Source of the DNA: Marsupella aquatica
Lineage: Eukaryota > Plantae > Marchantiophyta
Reading direction: 5' to 3'
Length of the DNA: 64,000 nt
NCBI GenBank assembly: GCA_973895155.1
Contig: OZ316898.1
Location: 10,444,286-10,508,285, forward strand
Shown: positions 36,864-48,722 of the stretch, one piece after another
Layout of the letters: every line of letters begins with the position of its first letter
Position numbering within the stretch: the stretch's first letter is position 1
The notes under the pieces: generated by a model
Database searches by the model: none
The model's input: the letters and a program-made list of their open reading frames with translations, nothing else
What the model was told of the DNA's origin: nothing
Made by a program: the position numbers and the translations under genes

Positions 36864-38269
36864 TCCATTGGTTCCAGCTAGGGGTCACAATGTAAACATA
36901 GCATGAAACACTCCTAATCAACTTGCTTACAAACTACAATATCCAGAAAGAGTGAAAGTCTCACCCTCCAGTGAGCAGCAGAGAGGTAGTTCACTGGATG
37001 TGTTGATGTGCAGTTAAACCTCCACTATTGCTTACTTCCGGTGTATGCTGCTCAGTCGGAGACATATTAGTAGCAGCAAATTGCAAATAATGGCCATAAG
37101 CAAACCGTGAGAGTTTGCAGAATGCTACGACAACTATTCATCCATCACAACAGTGCTCCACAGGAATGAAACCAAGCAAAATTTGGTGACCTCGGCCAAT
37201 GACAAGGCCAATGTAGTTCACAATCCTTGACCGATCAGGATATGGATTGGAATTACAATTAGTCAGCTCTTCTTCTTCTTTGTTTTCTAACTCTGGGGCA
37301 AATGAGCATGACCAGGGAATTCTCTGAGAAATAGAAGTGCACAGGGAAAATGAAATTGGCTCATTGAGTTGCGCAAGACCGCCCACTGCAGCATAAACAA
37401 ACTCATGAAGTGGCAGAAAGGATAGCGTCGCCACAAGCGCAAAATCCCGACAGGTTTAAGCTGCAAAAAACTAACCCATCCAAATGTGATTGCAATGGTG
37501 TTGAGGTCGTCTATTCACCACCCCACTCCACCGTGGGAGCATTGGGCACAAGGCATGTTCGGATCCAGGGAGGAGCAAAATAGTCATGTGAAGCAACAAG
37601 TGTGGAGAGACCAATAAGTAAACAAAAATAGGGAAGAACAATGCGGTGATCATGAGCAGCAGGAAACAAGGAAGTTGATTTGGGAGGGATTGTAGGGACA
37701 GAGCTTTTGGTGGGCTTGGCTGCGCGTTCATATCGGAAGATAGATGCGAGAGAGTGTGAAGAGGGTGGCAACCAACAAAGGCAGTGGCAAGCAAGCAAGC
37801 AATACACGATGATAGCGGCAATCGGCAATGGCGGTGGGAGGCAGCAATAGGCTAAATGACTATTCAGTACCAATCCGCAGCTCGTCCGATGAGAATGAGT
37901 GACATGAGGAAAATGCCAACACACTGACCCACTACCAAGAAGAAAGAAAACCAATCTCAACCACCCTCTATCATCAATGACAGGACATATATTCAAAAAT
38001 CCAAGCTGCAATTGACGGAAACAATAACATAAACAGAATTCTGAACATAAACTGCTCATGAAGCTTTCGGGATCATATATTCCAAGAGCAAATGTGAACA
38101 TGCCAATATATGAAAGCTCTGGCATATAGGGCATTGCATTCCATAGAGACGTCTGCACCAAAGAGCTTGGAAGCAATTGCCTATCTGCTGGAAGCAGGAA
38201 ACATATATGTAAATCCCAAGCCCATACTACATTGGAGATGATCAGCTCACTCAGACAGACATTGCATTT

Positions 38270-38422
38270 TGATTAACCAAATGTAGCAGGCTAGCAGAGG
38301 GATGAAGGATAGGGCCAACACTAATGCACAACAGTGAACAACTATGATTAACCAAATGTCAGTAGCAGGCCAGCAGAGGGACGGAGGATAGGGCCAACAC
38401 TAATGCGCAGTTGTGAAAGACT
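38270..38422. repeat. Tandem duplication of about 75 bp
   Basis: TGATTAACCAAATGT..AGCAGGC.AGCAGAGGGA.G.AGGATAGGGCCAACACTAATGC occurs twice. Confidence 0.85.
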
Positions 38423-40928
38423 GACAAATAGAAAGCAAACGAGAGCTTCAAATATAGAACATCAAACCTTCAGCAGCGGTCAATGGGCTTTGATTCACAG
38501 GTCGCCTGGCTTGGTCCCTTGTCGCAGCTCGCCCAGCTCCACAACACCGTAGACAAGGAGTTGGCTGGTCCAATTTCCACCATGCAGCGTTAGCAAAACT
38601 GCAATGCTTGATCTTCGCCCTCCGCCCTTTGCCCGAACCCCAAAATAGACCTCAAAGTAGAAAGCCAGCAAAGGGTTGAGCAGAAATCCCTAGAAAATCC
38701 CGCCTCTAAAGTCCATTGCTCGTGGTTACAAATGATGGCAATGGAACATTCGGGCAACCCAACAGTTGAACTGACCTCAATCACACCTACACCTGGTTGG
38801 CAGCTCCGCAGACACTAATTGTAGCTCTAGTTGAAGACATCATTTGAACAGCAAATCAGTCACAGCTCATGAATCCGTTCAGACTAGCATCATGGGTACT
38901 ACGTCGGAGCACTGCGCAAGAAGCCAGGAAAAAACTGCAAACATGGGGACCCACAGGCAAGAAATCTGGACCTCCGACACAATCTGGAAATCCTTTCGCA
39001 AACAACTGGCCCTCTCCTCAACAACTTGCGATGGTAGTAGCTTGCAATGGTAGCAGCTCGCGATAGTAGCTCCCTTCAACAAGCTTGGTAGTGCGATAGG
39101 AGCAACAACTTACAGAGAAGACAATGACCTCCCCTATGAGACTGATTGAAAGACCTCAATACAATTACTGAAGCAGGGATACAGAACGGGGAGAAGCCTT
39201 TCGCAGTTTGGGACGGCGAGAAGTGTGAACACTTAGGGCAGGGCCCGCAGGAAGGTCACTCAGTCCGAATGAGCCACAAGCTTATCGCCCAAAACCACGC
39301 AAACCTGAAGTTGAAATTAGCACTATGAGGTAGCAAGCTACAAAATAGCATTTCCCACATTCTTAATGCATGGCATCGGAGCTCATTCCGCCTAGAAAAC
39401 CAAAGCCACTACCAAAACTAACTTGCAAATGGAAGTTTGGACTAACCAGGGTGATTCAGGGCAGTTCAATGTCACTATGGCAGGTGCATTGCTGCTCGTA
39501 GCTGCAATGTACCTTAGCGCTCCCGGTCCCTCCACGGCTGCAACTTCCCAAGACCGGTCGGTCCCAGCCAGTCAGTCTTCTCTGAATCTTGGTGCGCCCA
39601 CGTTGTCTCAATCCGAAGCTGTCAGCTCTCAGGCAGGAGACAAATCTCCGCTTGCCTTCGCGCCAAAAGCTGTCACTGGCCTCAAGAGCCTCTAAGGCAA
39701 TGTCCGCAACGCCTCAATGTCTCCAACACCTCAATGTCCTTACCATCAAGCGCTTCTCAGGGATGCCTCAATGTCCTTACCACCTCACGACTGTCAAGGT
39801 CCCAAACCAGCGCAAACCACTTGCTGAACTCCTTTGTCCAAACAATTGTAAGGGGCATGCAGGTAGAACTGTCAAAAGCGCTCGCAGGAGTGGATGGCAA
39901 CAATTGACTACAATCGCCTCCCAGCTTCCCTCGCAAAATGTTAACCCTAAACCCTACTCGTATGCTCCACTCATAGAAGCAAAGCACAATGTTCTGTCGC
40001 ACAATGGGGCCCGAACACATGGGCGCAAGTACTCGATAGTTCCCTTCACAAAAACCCAATAATCACCTGATGACCAAAGCACACTCACCCTAACCCAATA
40101 CTTAGTGCAAGCAGTCATGTAAGCTCGTTTCCATTGAGGTGACCCGTTGAGCATAATAAGTACGTTTGTGCCAGAGTGTTAGGCAACACACAAAACTAAA
40201 GAGGGTTAAGGATAACTTTAAATAAATCCCTTTGGTGACAAAGTCATGGCCACTTAATTAGTTGTGGGCCCCCCTAACCCTCCCCCCCCCTTGTGGAATT
40301 AATCTTGGATCAAAAGGCACCATCATTTACACTCAGATCCAACAACATGTGGACTGTTCATTGTGTCAATTAGTGCCCATGACCCTGTCAAAACAACACT
40401 AGTTGGCAATGCGGAATATATCATGGTGTGGGAGTTGTACCTAGCTAGGGTTATAGTGATGCATTAGTTCCGGTTCTGGTTAGAAACCACCCTAAGCCCT
40501 CCAGTACAGTTGTACCCTAAGTTATGAAAAGTACCCGTTACATGGATATTTATGGTGCAATGTTAGTTAAGGTTGGTGATATATACAAGGCATGTCCTTA
40601 AGCACTTAGGCCCAAAAGTAGGATGTCGCCCTGTCCTTCTTAAGTATACTCTTATCATGAACCCTTGTAAGACTTTGTCTTATACTAGTCTTTGTGTGGA
40701 CCTTTAGAGTGATTCCAAGAACAAAACCCATGATGTCCTAGAGTGTTCACCCTTCACAAAGTAGCAAGGTTACTTTTCATAGTCTTTAACTAAACCGGAA
40801 AACACTCAAAGTCTTTTATAGTCTTTAACAAAACCTTGGCAATGGGTGCAAGTCATTTAAAGTATGGAAGAAGGACTTAGTGGGCTTAGTAGGTATGGTC
40901 TAAATTACCCCGGTTTCTACTAGTGAGG

Positions 40929-42087
40929 TGTCCTCTTTGGTTGCACCTAAAGCAATGATAAGGAATGTTTTTAAATGTCACTGGTTGCCAGATTACAATG
41001 TCAGCTCTGATTCGAATCCTTACACTAGCCGGTACTTCCCGATCCGTATCCCAGAGGATACAAGCTCGGTCATGGGGGTAAGAGCTAAATTCATTCCCTG
41101 AATGTAATATAGAAGGGTGCCCAGCGAGCTCGAGATTCTTCTTCTACATCCTTCTAAGGCAAGGTCTCGAAAGGGAATCTCGATCCAAACAGGAAGCTTA
41201 GTGAAGCTCTCACACTTCACATTGAATGTAGGATCCCAAGGGAAGGTGTAGACAAAGTGACGCTCCATAAACCAAGGCGCGAAGCTGAGCGCCAGGTCCC
41301 TGTGATCAGGGTTCTCAAACACAACCATGTAAAAATTCTTCCCGACAAATTTGACTTGTAAAATAGGCCAGTTCCCCTGACTCATCATCACGTCCTCCAC
41401 CCAGGCCCTGAATTCCGAAAGGAGAGGCGTTCTACCCGTGAAATAACAAATCAGAGCACAAGTGTATAGTTGTCTCACATTTCTTGCAGCTTCTGGCAAA
41501 TTCCATTCTACATCCGCGTATAACTTCTTATCAAGATTGCCCTTTGATCTGAGGGCAATGTTTCATAGGATTCTAATACATTCTTCTGATTCATCCTCCT
41601 CAAGAGCAAACTTCTTTACTCCAGCATCATCCCTTGGCCGCTCCCTATCCTCCGGTGTCTCCCCCGCTCCAACATCACAATTGTTCCGCCCAATGTCCAA
41701 GTCCGGCTGAGTTCCCCCCAGCCCATTCATGGTACTTGGTAAGTCGATGTCCATCCCTGAGTAAGATCCAGATTGCGCCCCCGTATGAATCCCTCCACCT
41801 CCCTTATCATTGTGCCGGATAGCTGCAATGCCAATCGAGGAAGTGCCTCTCAGGTCATTTCCTCCCGAACGCGCATCTTGCGCTGAGAAGATCCTCTCAG
41901 ACTCCCTGTTTTCCCCCCGTAGACCAGTCATGCACCCATTCACAGCTCCATTAGCCGTTCCGTTCCCATTGCCATCGCTAATTGTCTCCGGGAGAGCCAT
42001 AGTCACTCGGGCAGCACGACTTCCCTCAGGGCGGCCTCCCTTGGCATTCCTCCGTCCCGAAGGTCCATAGTAATCAATGTCTCCCAT
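40929..42087 (-). pseudogene. LINE ORF1, N-terminal part (DUF4283-like plus first half of the zf-CCHC)
   Basis: FVGKNFYMVVF...PWFM...FPWDPTF...LPVWIEIP; HCFRCNQRGH| at the CACTA-2 junction. Confidence 0.85.
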
Positions 42088-43639
42088 TGTCGCTCAACCG
42101 AAGAATGAACCAACAATAAGAAAAATAGCTAGTGCCTTCCCGAGCTTACCTGTTTCAGTCGTAATAAATTTCCACCTTCACTCCATCTCAATTCTGATCT
42201 TCTAGAACGACAACAATGCCCGAAAGGTATACTCCTCCGTGGTCCCAGTCCTCCCGCGGCCACAAACAAGTACATCCTCCTTCCTCCATTGAGTTAGACG
42301 GCCCTCACTTTAGCTTAGCCAGTTCACTTCTTTGATTAGGCTCCCGGCTCCTTCTTCCTGCCACAATCCACCACTCGCCCCTTCCATTCGCCCCCGCCAA
42401 GCAAAATAGGACAAGGCCACTACTGTTCCACTAATTCAGTCAAATTCCTTCCGCCGCTCGCCTCCAGTCCCAAATACGTAAATGCCAATCCCCTCCACCA
42501 CAGACAATCTTACTTCGGTTGGTGGCAGTCACGATGTACCCGATCTGCTAGCTTTCCCAGATCAAACAATTGGCCTCCCCTCTATTCTCAAATTATGATT
42601 TCTCTCACCCAAATCTCTACAGCTTCCCCCGGCAATAGAGCGAACGAATAACAAACTCTTCCGCCAGCATGCACAGCCCTCTCTTCCCACCCTGATTTTG
42701 TCGCACACTGTAGCCACATTCCCCGACCAGCTTTAGACTAAAGTTTACCACTTTTCCACCGCGCTTTGCTTCAAATGTGCACTGTAGCACACCAGCCCAA
42801 CCCGCTCAGCTTCCCCTTTGATGAATAACAATTTAGTATACTCCTAGCCTGCACTCAAAGAAGAGGAAAAATCCTCCCGCAAGTCATCCACCTCCGTGCC
42901 CACTCCCTCCCGTGTCCGGTGACACAAGGTCCAACGCCCTTCTACTGCGCACAAATCACCCGAATACCTAATAAAACTCACTAGCCGTCCCAAGCAATGC
43001 GATGATGATCGCAAGCAAGATTAGATTCATTCGCAGGAGGTGTCTCTCATGTTCCAAATTCTTCCCCCTCGGGAAGCAAAGCCCACACTCGATCCAAGCC
43101 TGGGAGAGTCCAAGCTCCCAAGAGCGAGCACAAGTCAGAGCCACCTTTGCACCCTCGAAGTTCCTTAGTTCCAATACATGCACACCCGTTTTTTCATGAT
43201 GTTTGAGAAGTTTGCAACATTTGCTGTCAATTATAATGAAGCATTATGATTGTGATTTTATGTAAGGGTACAAAAATTAAATGTATTCCTTATCCATTTC
43301 TTTGATAAATTACTTCAACCAAGCCAGGTTGCAATACAGTTAAAACCCAGACATCACCCACAACAAGGTATGTACCATTTTGTGAAAATCTTTCATTGTG
43401 ACCTAATGTATAAATCCTCCTCTTCAACCCCCATTGTACCCAAGTTTGAGAAGCCCTTAAGTAGGGAAGCATGCTTTAGCCGTAGCTAAAAACATAAGAG
43501 TAAATCTCCTAGTTTGCGTCCTCATAAATTTTTCTCTTCCTAGCAAAATGCATGCCCATTTAATTTGTAAGAAAACCCATAACACCTTGCCTTGCACGTG
43601 TTTGTTCAACCTCACATCAAGTCTCACATTATTATCATT

Positions 43640-44563
43640 AATTCCTTCCAAAACAAGAAATAATTAACAAAGATCTTTCCAGCAAATTAAATCCAGATTT
43701 TACAACTTCCATGAGAAATTAATATATTAGATCCTTTTATCCAATTAGACATCAAATGGACCTTGAAATTCATTCCATAAAGCATTCAAAGACTTTCCAA
43801 TTCTAAATCAAATGCAAAAAGGCTTCCAATTTCAACTCGCTTGGACAATCTTGTCCATTTTAATCTCAATCGGATACCCATCCCATTGCGATGACATTAC
43901 AAATAAGTTTGCAATCCAAAAACCAACACAATTTGCCTTCCGTTTAGAACACAATCGGAAAACTATCTCATTCTCCTTTAATAGGAACACTGATTCCTAT
44001 TCCAGTCCAACGGGAAACTATAGTCCAATTCAAAACCAATTGGACAAACATCCCATTGTACTTAGATCACACATTTACATCCTAGCTTAAACCGATCGGA
44101 TTCCAATGTTTGATTCCTCCAAAATTGGAACATGCTACCAATTACGTTTTCCATGAGAACGTCTTTCTGTTTGACATTGAATCGATAAGAGGTAAAATCC
44201 AATTCAGGTTGAATCGCAATGTGCAATTTGTACCACATTGGAACTTGCAATTGTAAATTGATCGGAATGTACAACATACATTTTTCTTTGTTAAAGCGTC
44301 TCCGATGCATTTTGAATGACATAACAATTGCATTGATCAATCCGTTTGTACGCAACACGCAACAAACATCTGATTGTATATGATTCACACAATGTTTCCA
44401 ATTGTTTTGGTGTTGGAACCTAATGTTTTCAATGGTGAAAGAATGGCAATGTCCGATTCGCGTAGGATCGGACATTTAACAAGCCAATACAATTACAACA
44501 ACATCGGAAAGTTTGGCATTGTGGGAAAATGAGAATCGGACCAGGCCCCAATATGTACTAGTG
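43640..44563. repeat. Right subterminal repeat region and TIR of CACTA-1
   Basis: Dense AATTGGA/TCCAATT/ATCGGA/TCCGAT copies ending in TACTAGTG. Confidence 0.8.
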
Positions 44564-45134
44564 AGGGCTTGTGCATCCCTTTAATTTGATGCTTTTGAGT
44601 ATATTATGTTTGGGGTTTTGTGAGAGTTGCTGGTGACAATGAGGGTTTTGGTGGGGATGTCGCTGGTTATGCCTATGTCATGAGTTTCTCTGCCTGCTGA
44701 TTCCAGCTTTTAGCGAGTGCGGAGGTTGGCATTGCGGTTCGTGTTTCTGAAATTTTTGATCTCTTCTTTAGGGTTGCCTTACGGTTTTTCCTTGAACGTA
44801 TTTGATGGCAATCAAGGATTGTTTGGTAGCAGTCGAGAAATGGGTCTGGCATTTCTATTGTTTCTTATCCTATTTGCGGTGACCTATCGAGTCGGCTTCT
44901 CATGTTCATTAGGTTTATCATTTGAAATACAAATCTTTGTCAACTTTCTCTATGGCAAGGATGAGCGTTGGCCTCTCCTCTCTGTACGTATGACAATCGT
45001 TAGCAATTAACTTGTTACAGAGGGAGATAAAATTTCATTCCTAAGACATGCACCTTTGTCTCGATGATTTGGGGAGGCTCGGCTACCAAACCCGTGGATA
45101 AGCTGAGTTTGGCTGTTTGTACAGTCCCTGTCTT

Positions 45135-45312
45135 TTCTCAACCTGGCAACAAACATCTTCAGTGGGGCAATACCTATCAGGTTCAGGTCACCAAGCTCGA
45201 CTCCCTTGATCTCTGCTCCAACAAGTTTCTGGGCTGATCCACCTGCGCTTGGTCATTTGATGAATTTGACTGTTGTGGACGTGCTCAACAATAGTCTGAA
45301 TGGGGCGGTTTA
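45135..45312 (+). pseudogene. Fragment of a plant extracellular LRR (RLK/RLP-type) gene
   Basis: Across frameshifts: LNLATNIFSGAIP…KLDSLDLCSNKFLG…PPALGHLMNLTVVDVLNNSLNGAV, matching LxxLDLSxNxLSGxIPxxLG. Confidence 0.65.
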
Positions 45313-46650
45313 CTCCGAACGTGAGAATACTCAAGCTAGGTTTTCCAAAGGTTTTGCACCTCTGAATGCACTGGATTCCAGAGGCTAGTTTTTCTAAGGT
45401 AAACTTCCAAGGGTGGCATGCTGGAGCTCTTGCCTCAATTTGATCATACTGCCTTTGGGCACCATTTTTTAGTTGGGGCTCGCTAGAGTCCATGTGTAAT
45501 TCATCTTTGAAGAATATTGTCATGCAAGGCATCTATCATACTATAACCTGAGAAATGTAGTTAGCAAACCAGGCGACCTTACATAGAATCTTGGTTGAGA
45601 AATTGAACTGAAGTCCGAAATACCGGCCATTTTTTAAGGCATGGAGAGTTGCTTAGACTATTGTCAATCTTCAAGTCAAAATATTGCTAAATTATAACCA
45701 GGATCATTCAGCATTAGGGAGCAGGGATAAATCCCAGGAGGATGACAAAACTGAACGTGATGGTCAAATAGTGAGTTTTGGGGCCGCCCTCCGACATGAG
45801 TGCCTTATCCTCACGCTGTCTCTGCCTGCCAAGAACCATTCTACAGTTATCATGACTATTTATGATGAGTTGTGGCAGCTAGGATAGGTTTGTTGTGTAT
45901 CAATCGTGGCAGAGACAACAAGGGCTGTTGGGGCAGAGATAACAGGGTTCTACCAATGCTACATTTGCGCAGAGCAATTCTTAAAGTTCTAACTCTTATT
46001 GTATTCTCCGAACCAATCACAAAAATGACTCCAACAAGCGGCTTTGCTTCAGTTTACACAAAAAAGAAAAAAAAGCATTCTTTGCCTTCTTTTCATTCAA
46101 AAACCAATGAGAGATTCATTCATTTCACTTACTGTCATCATTGGTTTGGTATAATAACATTTTTACATCCGCCTTCCAAAAGAAGGATAAGTAGAGTCCT
46201 AGATTTGTAATGAGAAGCAATTGAAGTCCTTCAATCCATTCAATCCCGTTCATTGTGTCAATAACATTTTGCCAAAATAATGGTCGTGGATTCTCTATAA
46301 TTTCCACCAATTGAGTGATGTCTTTCTTCGGCAGGCAGTTTAGTCCATTATCTTGTGAACTCTTGGCAACTTAGAAGAATTATAAAAATGAATCATGTAT
46401 TTATGTCACCTTGTGCAAATTGAAGTGCAAGCTGCGGAGGATCAAAGAGCTTAACTATAAGCTATTCATTCTAAGGACCACTGCACTTAAGGTCGAGTGA
46501 GTGCCTCATATGTGAGTTTTTTTGTGCCTTCTTGCTCGATTGTTTTCATTGGCCATTATATAGTGTTTTGAGTCGTGCTCACTTGTCTGGCTTCAAAGAA
46601 GAAAGTTAGATCGAGATGAAATATAGATCTCCTGATAATTACGTGATTAC

Positions 46651-46811
46651 GTGATCCTCAGTATGACCTTGAGAAGCAAGGCGACACTAGAGGTCAAGCG
46701 TAGTGCTACAAAGTTGTTGTGGGAGCTGGCAATTTGGGAGCCAAAAGCTGTAGGTAGCCTGGCTCAGGAGGATGACAGCTTTAAGGAGTTACATATAGTT
46801 GTCAAAGGATG
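46651..46811 (+). pseudogene. Possible ARM-repeat-like coding fragment cut by the insertion at 46812
   Basis: LRSKATLEVKRSATKLLWELA is amphipathic and ARM-like; weak. Confidence 0.3.
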
Positions 46812-48329
46812 TGTTGACTTAGGTGTTGATGAAACAGAGTTGCGGAACTCGACTACCTTAACACTTAGCTCCGGGGTGGCTGACTTTGACGCCGAGCTCC
46901 CTTATGGTCCAGGCCCGGATAGGCCATCCGGGGAGGACTTAGCATGGGGGGACTTGTGAGCGACAAGACATGACGCTAGCAGAGGCAAGGAGCCAAGCTG
47001 GTGACACACACTAAGGACTTGGACTAGCTAAGAGCTGATCGGGTCAAGGAGAAATGGGCCGGGCTTAAGAATGACCTTCCGGACCCCCAAATGGACTTTG
47101 AGTTTTGAGGGCTTGAGTGTGAGCTCCTCTTGGGCCCAAGGCCCATGGAGTTGACGCCATGGGCAACGGACGCTTGGGGCGCAAGTTATGGCCCGATCCA
47201 GGTTGGGCCGATCGGGGGCCCCGAGCGGCAATGAGATATGAGGGCCTAGGCATGAGCACAGGATCGGCCCGATCACAACGGGCTAAGGCACTCCGCTTGC
47301 GGATGCCTAACGAAAAAGTTATGTGTGTTGCCAATTGGTGGCGCGCACATTATGCGCGATAGGATCCGGGTTGGGGGCATAATGTTTAGGGACCAAAGCT
47401 GGTCCGGGGGTGGCAGGTCTCCAGAAGCATATATGAGGGGAGTGGTGTCTCCTTGGGGGCTAAGGTCGAGCCGAAGTCGTGAGCCGCGGTGGTCGCGACA
47501 CTAAGGGAAATTGCCAAACGGAAATGTCGATATCTTCCCAACAGGAAGTCCATTGGAGGACTTCTTGGGTGCATTAGAAAGCTCTCAAGAAGGGCTACGC
47601 CCTCCGGAACTCAGCTGGATCTGGGGGTACTTTGGGTTCTCGAGGTTTGTGATGCCTAGACAGGAATCACTCAGCCAGTTAAGTGGGTAAAGCAGGAATG
47701 CACCCTGGAAACACCTTAGTATAGGGACAAAACAAGGAAAATATAAACAATTAGGGGCGACTATGGAACCCGGGCCAAGGCCGGAGGTAAGGACGCTGGG
47801 GGTGAAAACTCGATTAGGGTTAGGGCGCGCTAAGCGTCGGCGGCTAGGAAGGATCAACGGGAGGAAGGACCGGAAGAGGAGAGGGGTAAGGAGCGCTTGT
47901 AGGAGATGGTGGCTCATTTGCGAGCACGAACTAGGCAGACGACTACGGGAGGCCAACTACTGTCAGCTGCTTAGGCAAGCACTCGGGGAGAGAGTAGATA
48001 CCGACTGTGACGCCAATGACATGGTCCTTATTTTGTAATCTGATTAAGTAGGTTGCTGTATGCAAGGAGTAGCTATTGATACCGCATAACAATTAGCAAG
48101 ATGGCAAGAATAAGGGCAATCATGGCGTTAAGAGTAGGGAAATAAAAGCTATGTCGTGGGTGGTCGACGACCATATCTCTTTCAATATGTCACCAAATCC
48201 GGATCTGTAAAGAGCATTGGAAAGATATGGTCAAGGTGAGTAAAATCGATATAAAACACTCGGGAAACGGAGGTGTATTAAGGAAGATACGGCCTGATTA
48301 GTGTGACGGGTTAACTTGTGGCCGGAATT

Positions 48330-48722
48330 AGCGGGTTCGGCTTCAGTTTCGGGTTAACCCAAGCTCGACCACGGCTTAGCTCAGGTAAGCACGGCTTCAG
48401 CTTAGCTCAGGTAAGAACGGCTTCAGCTTAGCTCAGGTCAGCATAGCTTCAGCTTAGTTTAGGTCAGCACAGCTTCAGCTTAGGCTTAACCCGGGTTCGG
48501 ATTAGATTGATCCCGGATTAGACTGAACTCGGGTTAGCCTAAACTCGGGCTCAGGTTAGCATAGGTAAGCTCGAGTTCGGGCTCAGCTTAGGCTAGGTTA
48601 GCGGATAGCGGATAGCGGATAGCGGGTAGCAGCCTAACCCGAGACCACGGGTTAGCTCTACTCGGGTTAGATAGGATAGCTAGGTTAGCTGAACTCGGGT
48701 TAGCTATGTAACTCGGGTTAGC
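48330..48722. repeat. Degenerate tandem array (about 26-27-bp CGGCTTCAGCTTAGCTCAGGT(A/C)AGCA units, TAGCGGA x4, CTCGGGTTAG units)
   Basis: Read directly. Confidence 0.85.

Larger units (their letters stand above)
24570..40925 (-). mobile_element. Complete CACTA/EnSpm transposon CACTA-2 (16.36 kb) with cargo genes
   Basis: TIRs CACTAGTAGAAACCGGGG...ATTTAGACC at 24570 and its inverse ending 40925; TSD AGG (24567-24569, 40926-40928); AGTC/GACT subterminal motifs. Confidence 0.97.
19404..43187 (-). mobile_element. Full-length L1/Tx1-type LINE (about 7.4 kb after removing CACTA-2)
   Basis: 17-bp TSD GTTTTTTCATGATGTTT at 19387-19403 and 43188-43204; 5' UTR about 42088-43187, then ORF1 and ORF2. 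Confidence 0.92.
1..44563. mobile_element. CACTA/EnSpm DNA transposon CACTA-1 (left end outside window; interrupted by two copia elements and a LINE)
   Basis: Right terminus ...GGCCCCAATATGTACTAGTG ends 44563 (reverse complement CACTAGTACATATTGGGGCC). Dense ATYGGA/TCCRAT subterminal motifs at 43640-44545 recur at 5980-6180 and 7600-7720. TnpD-like and TnpA-like genes lie inside. No left TIR found in the window, so the TSD cannot be checked. Confidence 0.75.

Noticed and set aside
37138-40154. ORFs 37511-38176(-), 39423-39695(+), 39589-40062(+) and neighbours as more cargo genes
   Set aside because: No recognisable motifs, non-ATG starts and composition typical of chance ORFs; may be leader or intron sequence
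48330-48722. CRISPR array or telomeric repeat
   Set aside because: No unique spacers, no cas genes, eukaryotic TE context; GGGTTAG units are scattered, not tandem TTTAGGG
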